This document shows positions 15,847 to 27,085 of a DNA stretch of 62,439 bases, in pieces. Below the pieces are notes generated by a model. It did no database searches, was not told where the DNA came from, and saw only the letters and a program-made list of their open reading frames with translations. The stretch spans positions 1-62,439 of the forward strand of contig JAGDMS010000001.1 in NCBI GenBank assembly GCA_017860575.1. The letters are read 5' to 3'. The translations under genes were made by a program, and so were the position numbers. The stretch is from Deltaproteobacteria bacterium (GTDB taxonomy: Bacteria > Desulfobacterota > Binatia > HRBIN30). Numbering within the stretch: the first letter of the stretch is position 1; every line of letters begins with the position of its first letter.

Positions 15847-16792
15847 GACCGAGCTCAAGATCGAGCGCATCACGCTACGCGGCGCCAACCTGACCGAACT
15901 GGCGGCGGTCGTGGCGGATACGTTATCTTTGGAGCGCGAGAAGGTCTTGGTCATCGACGTCCGCGACGACACCGTCGCACTCGACATTCTCCAGGAGCGC
16001 GTCGACGCCGACAGCATCGTCGGCAAACAAGACTTGCTATTGCGGCGCCTGTCCGCGCTGCCTGGCGTCGGCATCACGGCGCAGACACGGTGTTCCTCCG
16101 ACGGGATGCTGGGGTGGATCGCTTGGGACGAAGCGGAGGGACGACAAGCGCTGCGGCATTCCGAGAAGATCGCCGCCGCGGTTCGCCGCACCCTGTCCCG
16201 CCGCGCCATTGTCTTTTCGACTGGTGCCGAGGTCGTCGCCGGTCGAATCCAGGATACGAACACGCCCGCCATCGCGCGGCGGCTCGAGGCCGAGGGTTAT
16301 TCCGTGACGCGGGGCGCCACGCTCGGTGACGACGTGGATCTCATCTTCGCGTATCTGCGCACCGCGGTGGAGGATGATGGCTACGGCCTGGTGATTACGA
16401 CGGGCGGGACCGGTGCGGAGGACAAGGACTGTACGGTTGAGGCGATCCAGGCAGTCGATCCGGATGCCGCCACTCCGGTTCGGCAGGCGCGACTTGGCGG
16501 AGACGATTGCCGAGACCCTCCGCGCCTTGCTGCGCGCGCGATCGAGCCAGCCATCCCACGCCCATCATGCGCAGCACGGTTGAGGCGTGGAGCCTCTCGG
16601 ACCACACGCGCAAAACATTCGGCTACCGTCAAGGCAGCCATCCGTCGACCGAGGCGAGTTGGGGAGCATCAAGATGTCCGAGCAATTTCCACGTCTCTTC
16701 TCACCCATGCAGATTGGCTCCATGACCGTGCGCAACCGTATCGTCATGAGCGCACATGTCACGGGGCACGCCCTGGATTTTGTGCCCAATGA
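15821..16792 (+). CDS. CinA(COG1058)/MoaB-like MoCF_biosynth half-domain with unique N-terminal region; 3' end doubtful
   Basis: MQPYHLLHKTELKIERITL..., then AIVFSTGAEVVAGRIQDTNTPAIARRLEAEGYSV...LVITTGGTGAEDKDCTVEA matches the CinA/MoaB N-terminal half. After ~16475 the frame becomes R/P/A-rich and overlaps the next gene by 119 nt, so only ~15821-16475 is credible coding sequence. Confidence 0.6.
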   Translation: MQPYHLLHKTELKIERITLRGANLTELAAVVADTLSLEREKVLVIDVRDDTVALDILQERVDADSIVGKQDLLLRRLSALPGVGITAQTRCSSDGMLGWIAWDEAEGRQALRHSEKIAAAVRRTLSRRAIVFSTGAEVVAGRIQDTNTPAIARRLEAEGYSVTRGATLGDDVDLIFAYLRTAVEDDGYGLVITTGGTGAEDKDCTVEAIQAVDPDAATPVRQARLGGDDCRDPPRLAARAIEPAIPRPSCAARLRRGASRTTRAKHSATVKAAIRRPRRVGEHQDVRAISTSLLTHADWLHDRAQPYRHERTCHGARPGFCAQ

Positions 16793-18626
16793 TCGCATCA
16801 TCGCCTACTGGGCGGCCCGGGCGCGCGGGGGGGTGGGCCTGATCGGCATGCAGTTGCACTGGGTACACGCGGTCCCCGAACGGAATCCCTTCTACCACCC
16901 GCAGATGCTCGATGGGTTGCGGCGAGCGGCGGAGGCGGTGCATGCCCATGGGGCAAAGATCACGTGTCAGATCGGCAACATGGGCGCCGAAATGGGCCAC
17001 TTTGGCTTTCCGTCCCCATGGGCCCCGTCGGCGGTACTGGGGCCGAATAGTTGGGCGGAGGTGTTCATGGCCCATACGATGACCACCGACGAGATCAAGG
17101 GCATGATCGACAGCTTCGTGCACGCGGCGTTGCTGGTACAGCAAGCGGGGATCGACGGAGTGGAACTGCACAACGCGCACGGGTATCTGCTCAACGAATT
17201 CATGTCGCCGCACTGGAATGCGCGCACCGACGAATACGGCGGCTCGCTCGAAAATCGGATGCGCCTGCCCCTCCAGGTCATCAATGCGGTGCGCGCGGCC
17301 GTGGGGCCCGATTTTGCGGTCGGCATGCGCATCAGCGGCGATGAATTCGTGCCCGGCGGCTATACCCTCGACGACATGCGCACCATGGCGCCCCTGCTGA
17401 CCCACAACGGCAAACTCGACTTCCTCAATGTCAGCGCCGGCAACTACCTGTACGCCTCCACTGTCGTCGATCCGATGTACTATCCGCTGAACTCCTTCGT
17501 GCAGTGCGCGGCGGCGATTAAGGCGGTCGTCGATGTGCCCGTGTTTGCCCGCGGACGCATCATCGATCCGCAGCAGGCGGAGCAGATCCTCGCCGACGGC
17601 CATGCCGATATGGTGAGTATGGTGCGGGCAAACATCGCGGACCCGGAGTTCGCCAACAAGGCGCGCACCGGCCGCACTGACGAGATTAGAACGTGCATCG
17701 GTTGCAATGAAGGTTGCTGGGGGCAGGTTGCCCGGTTTCACATGGACGGTATGAGCTGTACGATGAATCCTGCCACGGGCCGCGAACACCTGCCCGGGTG
17801 GGAGGTCTTGCAGCCGGCGGCGGTGAGAAAGCACGTCATGGTCATCGGAGGCGGTCCGGCCGGGTTGGAGACCGCCAGGGTCGCAGCGGAGCGCGGGCAC
17901 CGGGTCTCACTTTACGAGCGCGGTGCCGAACTGGGCGGCCAGACGTTGGTCGCCGCCAAAGCCCCGGGGCGCGAGAGCTTCCTCGACCTGGTGCGGTATT
18001 ACAGCCACCAGATGCGTCTGCTCAACGTGGCGGTGCACCTGGGCACCGAAGCGACCGCACAAACGGTGCAGGCCGAGTCACCCGACGCGGTAGTGGTAGC
18101 CACCGGGTCGGCGCCGTACTTTCCCCGTTTTCCCGGCGCCGAAGGAGCAAACGTAGTCGAGGTCAGAACGGTGCTCAATGGCGCTGCGGTGGTTGGTGAT
18201 CGCGTCATCATCGTTGCGCTCGACAACGACATCCAGTCATTGAGCTGCGCCGACTTTTTGGCCGAACGCGGCAAGCAGGTGGAAGTGCTCGGGCGGAACT
18301 ATGATTTCGGCTCGAAGCTCGACTCCGCCACGAAGCACGCGATTCACCAACGGCTGTACCGGCACGGCATCACCCTCACGCCCAACACCGGCGTCAAGGA
18401 GATCCACGGACGGACCGTGGTCACCTACAATGTGTTCACGGAAGCGGAGAGGCGGATCGACGGCGTGGACACCGTGGTCATCGCCTGCGGGGGACAGGAG
18501 GACAACGCCTTGTATTGCTCCCTGAAGGCGCAGGTGGGCGAGATCCATCTTGCCGGCGACGCCAATGGCGTCCGGCGGATATCTGATGCCACCTTGGACG
18601 GGGCGATCGTCGGCAGGGCACTGTAG
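16674..18626 (+). CDS. OYE-like FMN + [4Fe-4S] + FAD/NAD(P) oxidoreductase (2,4-dienoyl-CoA reductase / BaiCD-BaiH type)
   Basis: ATG at 16674 follows GGGGAG: MSEQFPRLFSPMQIGSMTVRNRIVMSAH. ELHNAHGYLLNEF, CIGCNEGCWG and VIGGGPAGLE are present. Confidence 0.9.
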   Translation: MSEQFPRLFSPMQIGSMTVRNRIVMSAHVTGHALDFVPNDRIIAYWAARARGGVGLIGMQLHWVHAVPERNPFYHPQMLDGLRRAAEAVHAHGAKITCQIGNMGAEMGHFGFPSPWAPSAVLGPNSWAEVFMAHTMTTDEIKGMIDSFVHAALLVQQAGIDGVELHNAHGYLLNEFMSPHWNARTDEYGGSLENRMRLPLQVINAVRAAVGPDFAVGMRISGDEFVPGGYTLDDMRTMAPLLTHNGKLDFLNVSAGNYLYASTVVDPMYYPLNSFVQCAAAIKAVVDVPVFARGRIIDPQQAEQILADGHADMVSMVRANIADPEFANKARTGRTDEIRTCIGCNEGCWGQVARFHMDGMSCTMNPATGREHLPGWEVLQPAAVRKHVMVIGGGPAGLETARVAAERGHRVSLYERGAELGGQTLVAAKAPGRESFLDLVRYYSHQMRLLNVAVHLGTEATAQTVQAESPDAVVVATGSAPYFPRFPGAEGANVVEVRTVLNGAAVVGDRVIIVALDNDIQSLSCADFLAERGKQVEVLGRNYDFGSKLDSATKHAIHQRLYRHGITLTPNTGVKEIHGRTVVTYNVFTEAERRIDGVDTVVIACGGQEDNALYCSLKAQVGEIHLAGDANGVRRISDATLDGAIVGRAL

Positions 18627-18646
18627 ACGCGGACGGGAGGGAAGCG

Positions 18647-19150
18647 ATGACCATCGATGAACTGATCTCCAGAGAGGAAATCCACGACGTGCTGAAGCGG
18701 CTGGCCCGCGGCACCGATCGACTCGACGCCGATCTGATCATCTCTTGCTATCACCCGGACGGCTATGACGATCACAACAATTTCCGCGGCTCGCCTGTCG
18801 AATTCGCCCGGTGGGTCTGCGAGGTACTCCCGGGATTTGAGGCCACCATGCACTGTATCGGCGCGCCGCTGATCGAGCTGACCGGCGATACGGCGCAGGT
18901 GAACACCTATTGCGTTGCCCATCACTTGATGGGCCAGGGCCCGCACGGCGCGCGGGGCGATTTCGTGCTCGGCCTGCGCTACGTGGATCGGTTCGAGCGC
19001 CGCAACGGCCGGTGGCTCATCGCCAAGCGCGTCTGCGCCTTTGACTGGTCGTACACCGTTCCGATCGCGGGCGCACCCAACGCCTGGTTCGGCGAGGATT
19101 TCACCGTCGGCGCGCGGGACCGCACGGACATCACGTACCGCAGGGTGTGA
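18647..19150 (+). CDS. NTF2-fold protein (SnoaL_4-like)
   Basis: EEIHDVLKRLARGTDRLDADLIISCYHPDG...YVDRFERRNGRWLIAKR is the typical pattern. It lies 20 nt downstream of the reductase. Confidence 0.75.
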   Translation: MTIDELISREEIHDVLKRLARGTDRLDADLIISCYHPDGYDDHNNFRGSPVEFARWVCEVLPGFEATMHCIGAPLIELTGDTAQVNTYCVAHHLMGQGPHGARGDFVLGLRYVDRFERRNGRWLIAKRVCAFDWSYTVPIAGAPNAWFGEDFTVGARDRTDITYRRV

Positions 19151-19164
19151 GCGCCGCCATCGCG

Positions 19165-20127
19165 CTAGGCATACAGCCGCGGCTCGCCGGGTGGTCGCGT
19201 CTTCCAGCGCTTGTGAAACCAGATCCACTGCTCCGGGTAGCGTCGGATCATGTCTTCGAGGACGGCGGTGCAGCGCTGGGTCGTGATGCGAATGTCGTCC
19301 TCCCGATTGCCGGTCGATGCCACCTCGACATCGGGCAGTATCTCGACGCGGTGCCGGCCGCTTTCCCCTTCGCGCACGAGAAACACCGGGAGGATGGGTG
19401 CGCCGGTCAACATCGCCAGACGCGCCGGTCCCGGCGTCGTGCAGGCGGCGAGCCCGAAGAAATCGACGAACACACCGAAACTGAAGACCTGATTCTGGTC
19501 GGCCGGCACCACCAGGATCCCGTGCTGCTTCAGCACGCGCAGCGCCTCCTTGGCCGCCGCCCGCTTCTCGATCGCGCGCGTCCCCGCCTTGCTGCGGACG
19601 ACACGGATGGCCTCGTTGAACACCTTGTTGCGCATCGCGCGATGCACCAGCGTGATGGGATGCCCCAGTAAGCCGTGGGCATACGCCAGCAACTCCCAGT
19701 TGCCGAAGTGGCCGGTCAGGATGACCATGCCGGTCTTTCCGGCCCGTTCGAGCGCGTGTTCCCAGGCCGGGCGGTCTGCGAACGTCACGAGGTGAGGCAA
19801 TTCCTCGGCAGTCAGCCGTGGCAGGTGGCAGAACTCCGCACCCAGGCGCCCGAGGTTCCGGGAGCTCGCGCGCAATATGCGCCGCCGCTCCGCAAGCGAT
19901 TTCTCCGGAAAGGCCAACTGCAGATTGAACAGCGCAACGCGCCGGGCGCGTGCAGCGACCACGTACAACAGTTCCCCGATGCATGCGCCGACGCGCAGTG
20001 CCACCGTAAGCGGCAGCGCCGCAAAGAAGATAAAGGCCGCACGAAAGACGGCGTACTCGATCCGGTCCGTCAGTGCGACGCGATGGACCACGTGTGCCGG
20101 TTCCGAGGGCGCCTGCGCCTGGCTCAT
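19165..20127 (-). CDS. Lipid A biosynthesis (LpxL/HtrB-type) lysophospholipid acyltransferase family protein
   Basis: N-terminal TM segment, GHFGNWELL (HX4-type acyltransferase motif), PADQN, and RYPEQWIWFHKRWK at the C-terminus. Confidence 0.8.
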   Translation of the reverse strand: MSQAQAPSEPAHVVHRVALTDRIEYAVFRAAFIFFAALPLTVALRVGACIGELLYVVAARARRVALFNLQLAFPEKSLAERRRILRASSRNLGRLGAEFCHLPRLTAEELPHLVTFADRPAWEHALERAGKTGMVILTGHFGNWELLAYAHGLLGHPITLVHRAMRNKVFNEAIRVVRSKAGTRAIEKRAAAKEALRVLKQHGILVVPADQNQVFSFGVFVDFFGLAACTTPGPARLAMLTGAPILPVFLVREGESGRHRVEILPDVEVASTGNREDDIRITTQRCTAVLEDMIRRYPEQWIWFHKRWKTRPPGEPRLYA

Positions 20128-20214
20128 GCGATTGAGAGACGGGAGGTCGCTGCCTCGGCGCCGTGCGTGCCGTGGCGGCGCTCCGCGCTCCGTGGCTGTG
20201 TCACCGCCGACGCT

Positions 20215-20781
20215 TCAGGCCACCGAACCCAGCGGTTCCGCACTGCCGAAGGCGGCACGCTCCTTCGCCAGGAGTTCGGCGTAGACCTGTCGGTCGACTT
20301 CACGAAAACGTTCGAGGGCTTCCTCGACCCGGTCGGCGCCGCCGGTGTTCGCTGCCAATTCGTCCATCTTCGCCCTGATCCACGCGATATGCCATTTCTC
20401 GTCCTTGGTGACCTCGCGCAGTACCGCCAGGGTGTCCGCATCCACATCGGGACGTTGCGCGTGTTCCACGTAGCGCTCATGCGCGCGCTCCTCCACCACC
20501 ACCGTGAGCGCCAGGATATCAATGACCGAGCGCGGAACGACCCGCAGCCCGATGCGCGTCTGATAACCGTCCGCAATCGGCGACGGGTCCCCACCCAGAT
20601 CCGTGATGCGCTTGGTCCACAACCACGAGTGCCGTGTTTCATCAGCCAGATGTAACGACAGTTTCGTTTGCGAGTCCGGATCGGTCAAATGTGACATCAA
20701 CCGCAGCAGCAGATTGGCCCCGCGCAGTTCCGCATCACGGTAATAATTCATCAACAGGATCATTCGTGGATCCGCAGGCAT
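20215..20781 (-). CDS. Ferritin-like (di-iron four-helix bundle) domain protein
   Basis: Paired E...ExxH-like segments (LADETRHSW, VVVEERAHERY, KDEKWHIAW). GAGGAGGA RBS upstream. Confidence 0.6.
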   Translation of the reverse strand: MPADPRMILLMNYYRDAELRGANLLLRLMSHLTDPDSQTKLSLHLADETRHSWLWTKRITDLGGDPSPIADGYQTRIGLRVVPRSVIDILALTVVVEERAHERYVEHAQRPDVDADTLAVLREVTKDEKWHIAWIRAKMDELAANTGGADRVEEALERFREVDRQVYAELLAKERAAFGSAEPLGSVA

Positions 20782-20909
20782 TTAGGTCCTCCTCTGAGAG
20801 CGCATATCACCTCTCGGTCAACGCTGACGGTACGCTGTTTGCTGCGACGATACGCGATCCGCGATAGGCTATTTCCGATATGCAATAAGCGATACGCGAA
20901 AACACTCCG

Positions 20910-21926
20910 TCACACCAGCCCGGCCTTCAGGAGGTCGTGCAGATGCACGATACCAATTGGCGTGCGGCGCTCGGGCGCGAGCACGAAGAGTGCGGTGATG
21001 CTGTGGCGCTCCATGATGGCCAGTGCCTGTGCAGCCAACGCAGTCGCCGCAACGGTCTTCGGGTTGCGCGTCATCAGCTCGCCGGCGGTCGCCTGCCGGA
21101 TATCGTCCACCCGCTCCAGGGCGCGCCGCAAGTCACCGTCGGTGATCACGCCGATGAGTTCTCCCTTCGCGTTGACAACCCCCGTGATCCCCAGCCGCTT
21201 GCTGGTAATCTCCAGCAACGTATCCTTGAATGGGGTTGACGCGGCGACGCTGGGGATAGCGTCACCGGCATGCATGAGGTCGGCCACTTTGAGAAAGCGT
21301 CGCCCCAGGGCCCCCGCCGGGTGCAGGACGGCAAAATCTTCGGCGCCAAAGCCCTTACGTTCCAGGAGCGCCACCGCCAACGCGTCGCCCAGCGCCAAGG
21401 CGGCCGTGGTGCTGGCCGTCGGTGACAGACCGAGGGGGCATGCCTCCTCCGCCACGCCGACATCGAGCACCACATCCGCCGCATTGGCCAACGTCGATGT
21501 CGGGTTGCCGGTGAGCGCGATGAGCGGCAGTTCCAGGCGCTTGACCAGCGGCAGGAGCCGCACGACCTCGTCCGACTCGCCGCTGCTGGAGAGCGCCAGC
21601 ACGGCATCGCCCTTCATGAACACGCCCGCATCCCCGTGCGCCGCCTCGCCGGCGTGCAGAAAGATCGCTGGTGTACCGGTGCTGGTGAAGGTAGCCGCGA
21701 TCTTGCGGCCGATGATGCCCGACTTCCCCATGCCGCTGACCACGACCTTCCCCTTACAGCCGGCCAACAAATCCAGCGCCCGGTCGAAGCGGGCATCGAG
21801 TCGATCCGCCAGCGCCATGACGGCGTTGGCTTCGGTGAGTAACACATGTCGGGCCTGGCGGAGCCCTTCGCTCTCGCCGCCACGCCGCACCGCTGGTGGG
21901 CGCCTAGCTTTCCTTGGTAAGGGCAT
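20910..21926 (-). CDS. kdsD: Arabinose-5-phosphate isomerase (SIS + tandem CBS)
   Basis: [41 protein letters not shown], plus C-terminal CBS pairs. The start may be slightly downstream. Confidence 0.9.
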   Translation of the reverse strand: MPLPRKARRPPAVRRGGESEGLRQARHVLLTEANAVMALADRLDARFDRALDLLAGCKGKVVVSGMGKSGIIGRKIAATFTSTGTPAIFLHAGEAAHGDAGVFMKGDAVLALSSSGESDEVVRLLPLVKRLELPLIALTGNPTSTLANAADVVLDVGVAEEACPLGLSPTASTTAALALGDALAVALLERKGFGAEDFAVLHPAGALGRRFLKVADLMHAGDAIPSVAASTPFKDTLLEITSKRLGITGVVNAKGELIGVITDGDLRRALERVDDIRQATAGELMTRNPKTVAATALAAQALAIMERHSITALFVLAPERRTPIGIVHLHDLLKAGLV

Positions 21927-22734
21927 CGATCCGCTTCAGTTCGCGCAGCAGCGCTTCCAGTTCGTCGAGACGGTACGAGTTTGGGCCATCGCTGAGCGCC
22001 TGATCGGGATTTTCGTGGACTTCGAGAAAGACCGCATCGACGCCGACGGCCACGGCGGCGCGGGCAAGCGGGCGAATGAAGTGCCGCTGCCCACCGGAGG
22101 CGGTCCCCTGCCCTCCCGGCAACTGCACGCTGTGACCGGCATCGTAGACGACCGGGTAGCCAAATTCCGCCAGCGCAGGTAGCGACCGCATGTCCGCCAC
22201 CAGGTTGTTGTACCCGAACGAGACCCCACGCTCGGTCACCATCAGATTGTGATTGCCCGTACTGGCCAGTTTTCCCAGCACGGGCCCCATGTCCCACGGA
22301 GCCAGAAACTGTCCCTTCTTGACGTTCACGGGCCGGCCAGCGCCTGCAACGGCCAGCAGAAAATCCGTCTGCCGACAGAGAAACGCGGGCGTTTGCAGCA
22401 CGTCCGCCACCTCGGCGACGGCCGCCACTTGACTGGGCTCATGTACGTCGGTGATTACCGGCACGCCGACTTCGCGCCGGACCGCCGCGAGGATCTCCAG
22501 GCCGTCGTGCAGGCCGGGGCCGCGGTAGGCGGCGCCCGCGGTGCGGTTGGCCTTGTCGAACGAGGACTTGTAGACGAGCGGCACACCCACCCGCTCCGTG
22601 ATCGCGCGCAGCGCCGCGGCGTGGCGCATCGCATGGTCGCGGCTTTCGATCACACACGGCCCTCCGATAAAGACGAACGGCCGGCCGCCGCCGAGGCGCA
22701 GCGGCCCCACTGTCACGGTGCGCGCGGACGGCAT
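21904..22734 (-). CDS. kdsA: 3-deoxy-8-phosphooctulonate (KDO-8-P) synthase
   Basis: [34 protein letters not shown] and [11 protein letters not shown] are present. Confidence 0.9.
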   Translation of the reverse strand: MPSARTVTVGPLRLGGGRPFVFIGGPCVIESRDHAMRHAAALRAITERVGVPLVYKSSFDKANRTAGAAYRGPGLHDGLEILAAVRREVGVPVITDVHEPSQVAAVAEVADVLQTPAFLCRQTDFLLAVAGAGRPVNVKKGQFLAPWDMGPVLGKLASTGNHNLMVTERGVSFGYNNLVADMRSLPALAEFGYPVVYDAGHSVQLPGGQGTASGGQRHFIRPLARAAVAVGVDAVFLEVHENPDQALSDGPNSYRLDELEALLRELKRIDALTKES

Positions 22735-22735
22735 G

Positions 22736-24403
<1,668 letters not shown>

Positions 24404-25138
24404 TCAACCTGCCGCCCAGGCCCGGGCCCGCTCCAGGTCCTGCGGCGTGTCCACCTCGATCCCTGCACCGCGCGTCTCAGCCACCTTGATCCGGAAACCC
24501 CATTCCAGTGCTCGCAATTGTTCCAACTTCTCCGCCCGCTCCAGGGGCGTCGGCGCCAGGCGCGCGAAGCGCAGGAGAAAATCGCGCCGGTAGGCGTACA
24601 GGCCCAGGTGCTTGTATCCCAGCGGTCCCGGGGGCGCCGCCTCGCGCCAGTACGGCAGCGCGCTGCGCGAAAAATAGAGCGCAAAGCCGTCCCGGTCGGT
24701 GACCACCTTCACGACGTTGGGGTTTGCCATTTCCGCCGCGTCCTCGATCGGCATCTTGACGGTAGCCATCGGCAGTATGGTGTCCGCCTGCATCGGCGCG
24801 ACAGCGGCGTGTACCATCGCCGGTTCGAGAAACGGCAGATCGCCCTGCACGTTCACCACGATCTCCGCCTCCAGATCGCGCACCACCTCAGCGATGCGAT
24901 CCGTGCCAGACTCGTGCCGCGCACTGGTCATCGCCACTTCGCCGCCGAAGCCTCGCACGGCTTCAGCGACGCGTGCGTCATCGGTGGCCACCACCACCCG
25001 ATCCACTAGATCCACCGCTCGCGTGCGCTCAAACACGTGTTGGATCATGGGTTTCCCTTGAATGAGCGCCAGTGGCTTGCCGGGGAGACGAGTGGACTCA
25101 AAGCGGGCGGGGATCAGCGCGACAACTCGTGAGCCCAT
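24404..25138 (-). CDS. kdsB: 3-deoxy-manno-octulosonate cytidylyltransferase (CMP-KDO synthetase)
   Basis: The internal ATG at 25138 gives MGSRVVALIPARFESTRLPGKPL, the canonical KdsB N-terminus. The track start at 25207 adds 23 unlikely codons. Confidence 0.9.
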   Translation of the reverse strand: MGSRVVALIPARFESTRLPGKPLALIQGKPMIQHVFERTRAVDLVDRVVVATDDARVAEAVRGFGGEVAMTSARHESGTDRIAEVVRDLEAEIVVNVQGDLPFLEPAMVHAAVAPMQADTILPMATVKMPIEDAAEMANPNVVKVVTDRDGFALYFSRSALPYWREAAPPGPLGYKHLGLYAYRRDFLLRFARLAPTPLERAEKLEQLRALEWGFRIKVAETRGAGIEVDTPQDLERARAWAAG

Positions 25139-25363
25139 AAAAAGTTGAACCCGTAGCTCGGAATGAACTACGGCATGGCTGTATAGCAGAGGTCCCCGGC
25201 AAGTCAAACTTGGGGAGGTCGGCAGCCGACAGTCGAGAGCTGGGCGTGTACCAACGAGCCGTCGCCAGATCCGGGCAACACACTCTCAACTATAGACTGT
25301 CGACTGTTGACTGTATCCGCCTCTGCAACTAAGGTCCGGCCAAACTGCCGTCGAAGGATTGCC

Positions 25364-27085
25364 GTGCGCTACAGTCGGACACTGATCCCCACACTCAAAC
25401 AGGACCCCTCCGATGCCGAGGTTGTGAGCCACAAGCTCATGGTCCGCGCCGGAATGATTCGCCAGATCGCCCGCGGCATCTACGATTTTCTGCCCCTCGG
25501 CCTCCGCGTCGTGCGCAAGGTGGAAGACATCGTGCGCGCGGAGATGAATCGTGCCGGCGCGCAGGAGATTTTGATGCCGGCGATCTGTCCTGCCGAGCTG
25601 TGGCAAGAGAGCGGCCGCTGGGAGCAATATGGGAAGGAACTGCTCCGCATGAAGGATCGCTACGAGCGCGATTTTTGCTTCGGTCCGACCCACGAGGAGG
25701 TGGTGACGGACATCGTGCGCCGGGAGATCCGTTCGTACCGCGAGTTGCCGATCAATCTCTATCAGATCCAGGTGAAGTTCCGCGACGAGCTCCGCCCGCG
25801 CTTCGGCCTGATGCGTGGGCGCGAGTTCATCATGAAGGACGCGTACTCGTTCCATGCCGATGCGGAGGACTGCCGCCGTGAGTACGAGCACATGGCGGAC
25901 ACCTATCGCCGCATTTTCCAGCGTTGCGGCCTGACCACCCGCCAGGTGGAGTCCGACACCGGCGCCATCGGCGGCCGGCGCGCGCACGAGTTCCAGGTGC
26001 TGGCCGACTCCGGCGAAGACGCCATCGTCAGCTGTACGCGCTGCGAGTACGCCGCCAACGTGGAAAAGGCCGAGATCCGGCCGGCCGCCGCCGCTCGCGC
26101 CGCCGCGGTAGCCGGGCCGTTCAAGAAAGTGCGCACGCCTGAAAAGCGCACGATTGAAGAGGTCGGCGCCTTCCTCGCCGAGCCGCCCGAACGCTTCGTG
26201 AAGACGCTGCTCTACGTGACCAGCACCGGCGACACCGTCGCCGCGCTCGTGCGCGGCGACCACGAGTTGAGCGAGACCAAGCTGCGCAGCTTGCTGGGGG
26301 CGGAATGGGTGGTGATGGCGGACGCCGCCACAGTCGAGCGTACCACCGGAGCGGCCGTTGGCTTTGCCGGGCCGGTCGGCTTGGGACTCCGCTGTGTCGC
26401 CGACCACGGTGTGCGCGGCATGAGCGGCGCGGTGACCGGTGCGAACGAAACGGACCACCACCTTGTCGACGTCGATCAGCAGCGTGATTTTCCCGACGTC
26501 GAGTTCGCCGATCTGCGCCTGGCCCGTGCCGGCGACGGCTGCCCACGATGCGACGGCGGTGTCTTCGGCGGACACCGTGGCATCGAGGTCGGCAACATCT
26601 TCTACCTCGGTACCAAGTATAGCGCCGCCCTGAAAGCCACGTATCTGGACGCCACCGGCCAGGAACGGCTTATCGAGATGGGCTGCTACGGCATCGGGGT
26701 CACCCGTACCGCGGCGGCGGCGGTGGAACAGCACCATGATGACCAGGGTATCATCTGGCCGCTGCCGCTGGCGCCGTTCCACGTGCAGGTCGTGCCGGTG
26801 TCCTGGACCGATCCGCGCATGCGGCAGACGGCGGAGGATCTCTACGGCAAATTGCACGCCGCCGGCGTCGAGGTGTTGCTGGACGATCGCGAGGAGCGGC
26901 CGGGGATCAAGTTCAAGGACGCGGATCTGATCGGCGTCCCGTTGCGGGTGACGGTCGGCGCGAAAAGTCTCGAGCGGGATTGCGTTGAGTTCAAGCGGCG
27001 GGGCGAGAAGTCCGCTCAGGATCTACCGCTGGTAGATGCCGTCGACCGCATCGCCGGACTGGTGCGGTCGGAACTACCGACATGA
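25364..27085 (+). CDS. proS: Prolyl-tRNA synthetase (bacterial type with editing insertion)
   Basis: GTG at 25364 gives VRYSRTLIPTLKQDPSDAEVVSHKLMVRAGMIRQ. Class II motifs FRDE..PRFGLMRGREF and GCYGIGVTR are present. Confidence 0.95.
   Translation: MRYSRTLIPTLKQDPSDAEVVSHKLMVRAGMIRQIARGIYDFLPLGLRVVRKVEDIVRAEMNRAGAQEILMPAICPAELWQESGRWEQYGKELLRMKDRYERDFCFGPTHEEVVTDIVRREIRSYRELPINLYQIQVKFRDELRPRFGLMRGREFIMKDAYSFHADAEDCRREYEHMADTYRRIFQRCGLTTRQVESDTGAIGGRRAHEFQVLADSGEDAIVSCTRCEYAANVEKAEIRPAAAARAAAVAGPFKKVRTPEKRTIEEVGAFLAEPPERFVKTLLYVTSTGDTVAALVRGDHELSETKLRSLLGAEWVVMADAATVERTTGAAVGFAGPVGLGLRCVADHGVRGMSGAVTGANETDHHLVDVDQQRDFPDVEFADLRLARAGDGCPRCDGGVFGGHRGIEVGNIFYLGTKYSAALKATYLDATGQERLIEMGCYGIGVTRTAAAAVEQHHDDQGIIWPLPLAPFHVQVVPVSWTDPRMRQTAEDLYGKLHAAGVEVLLDDREERPGIKFKDADLIGVPLRVTVGAKSLERDCVEFKRRGEKSAQDLPLVDAVDRIAGLVRSELPT

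Noticed and set aside
16701-19984. Minus-strand ORFs 16701..17900 (399 aa) and 18425..19984 (519 aa)
   Set aside because: They are antisense to or overlapping the recognised OYE reductase, NTF2 and acyltransferase genes, with low-complexity products.
25286-26857. 523-aa minus-strand ORF
   Set aside because: It is antisense to proS.
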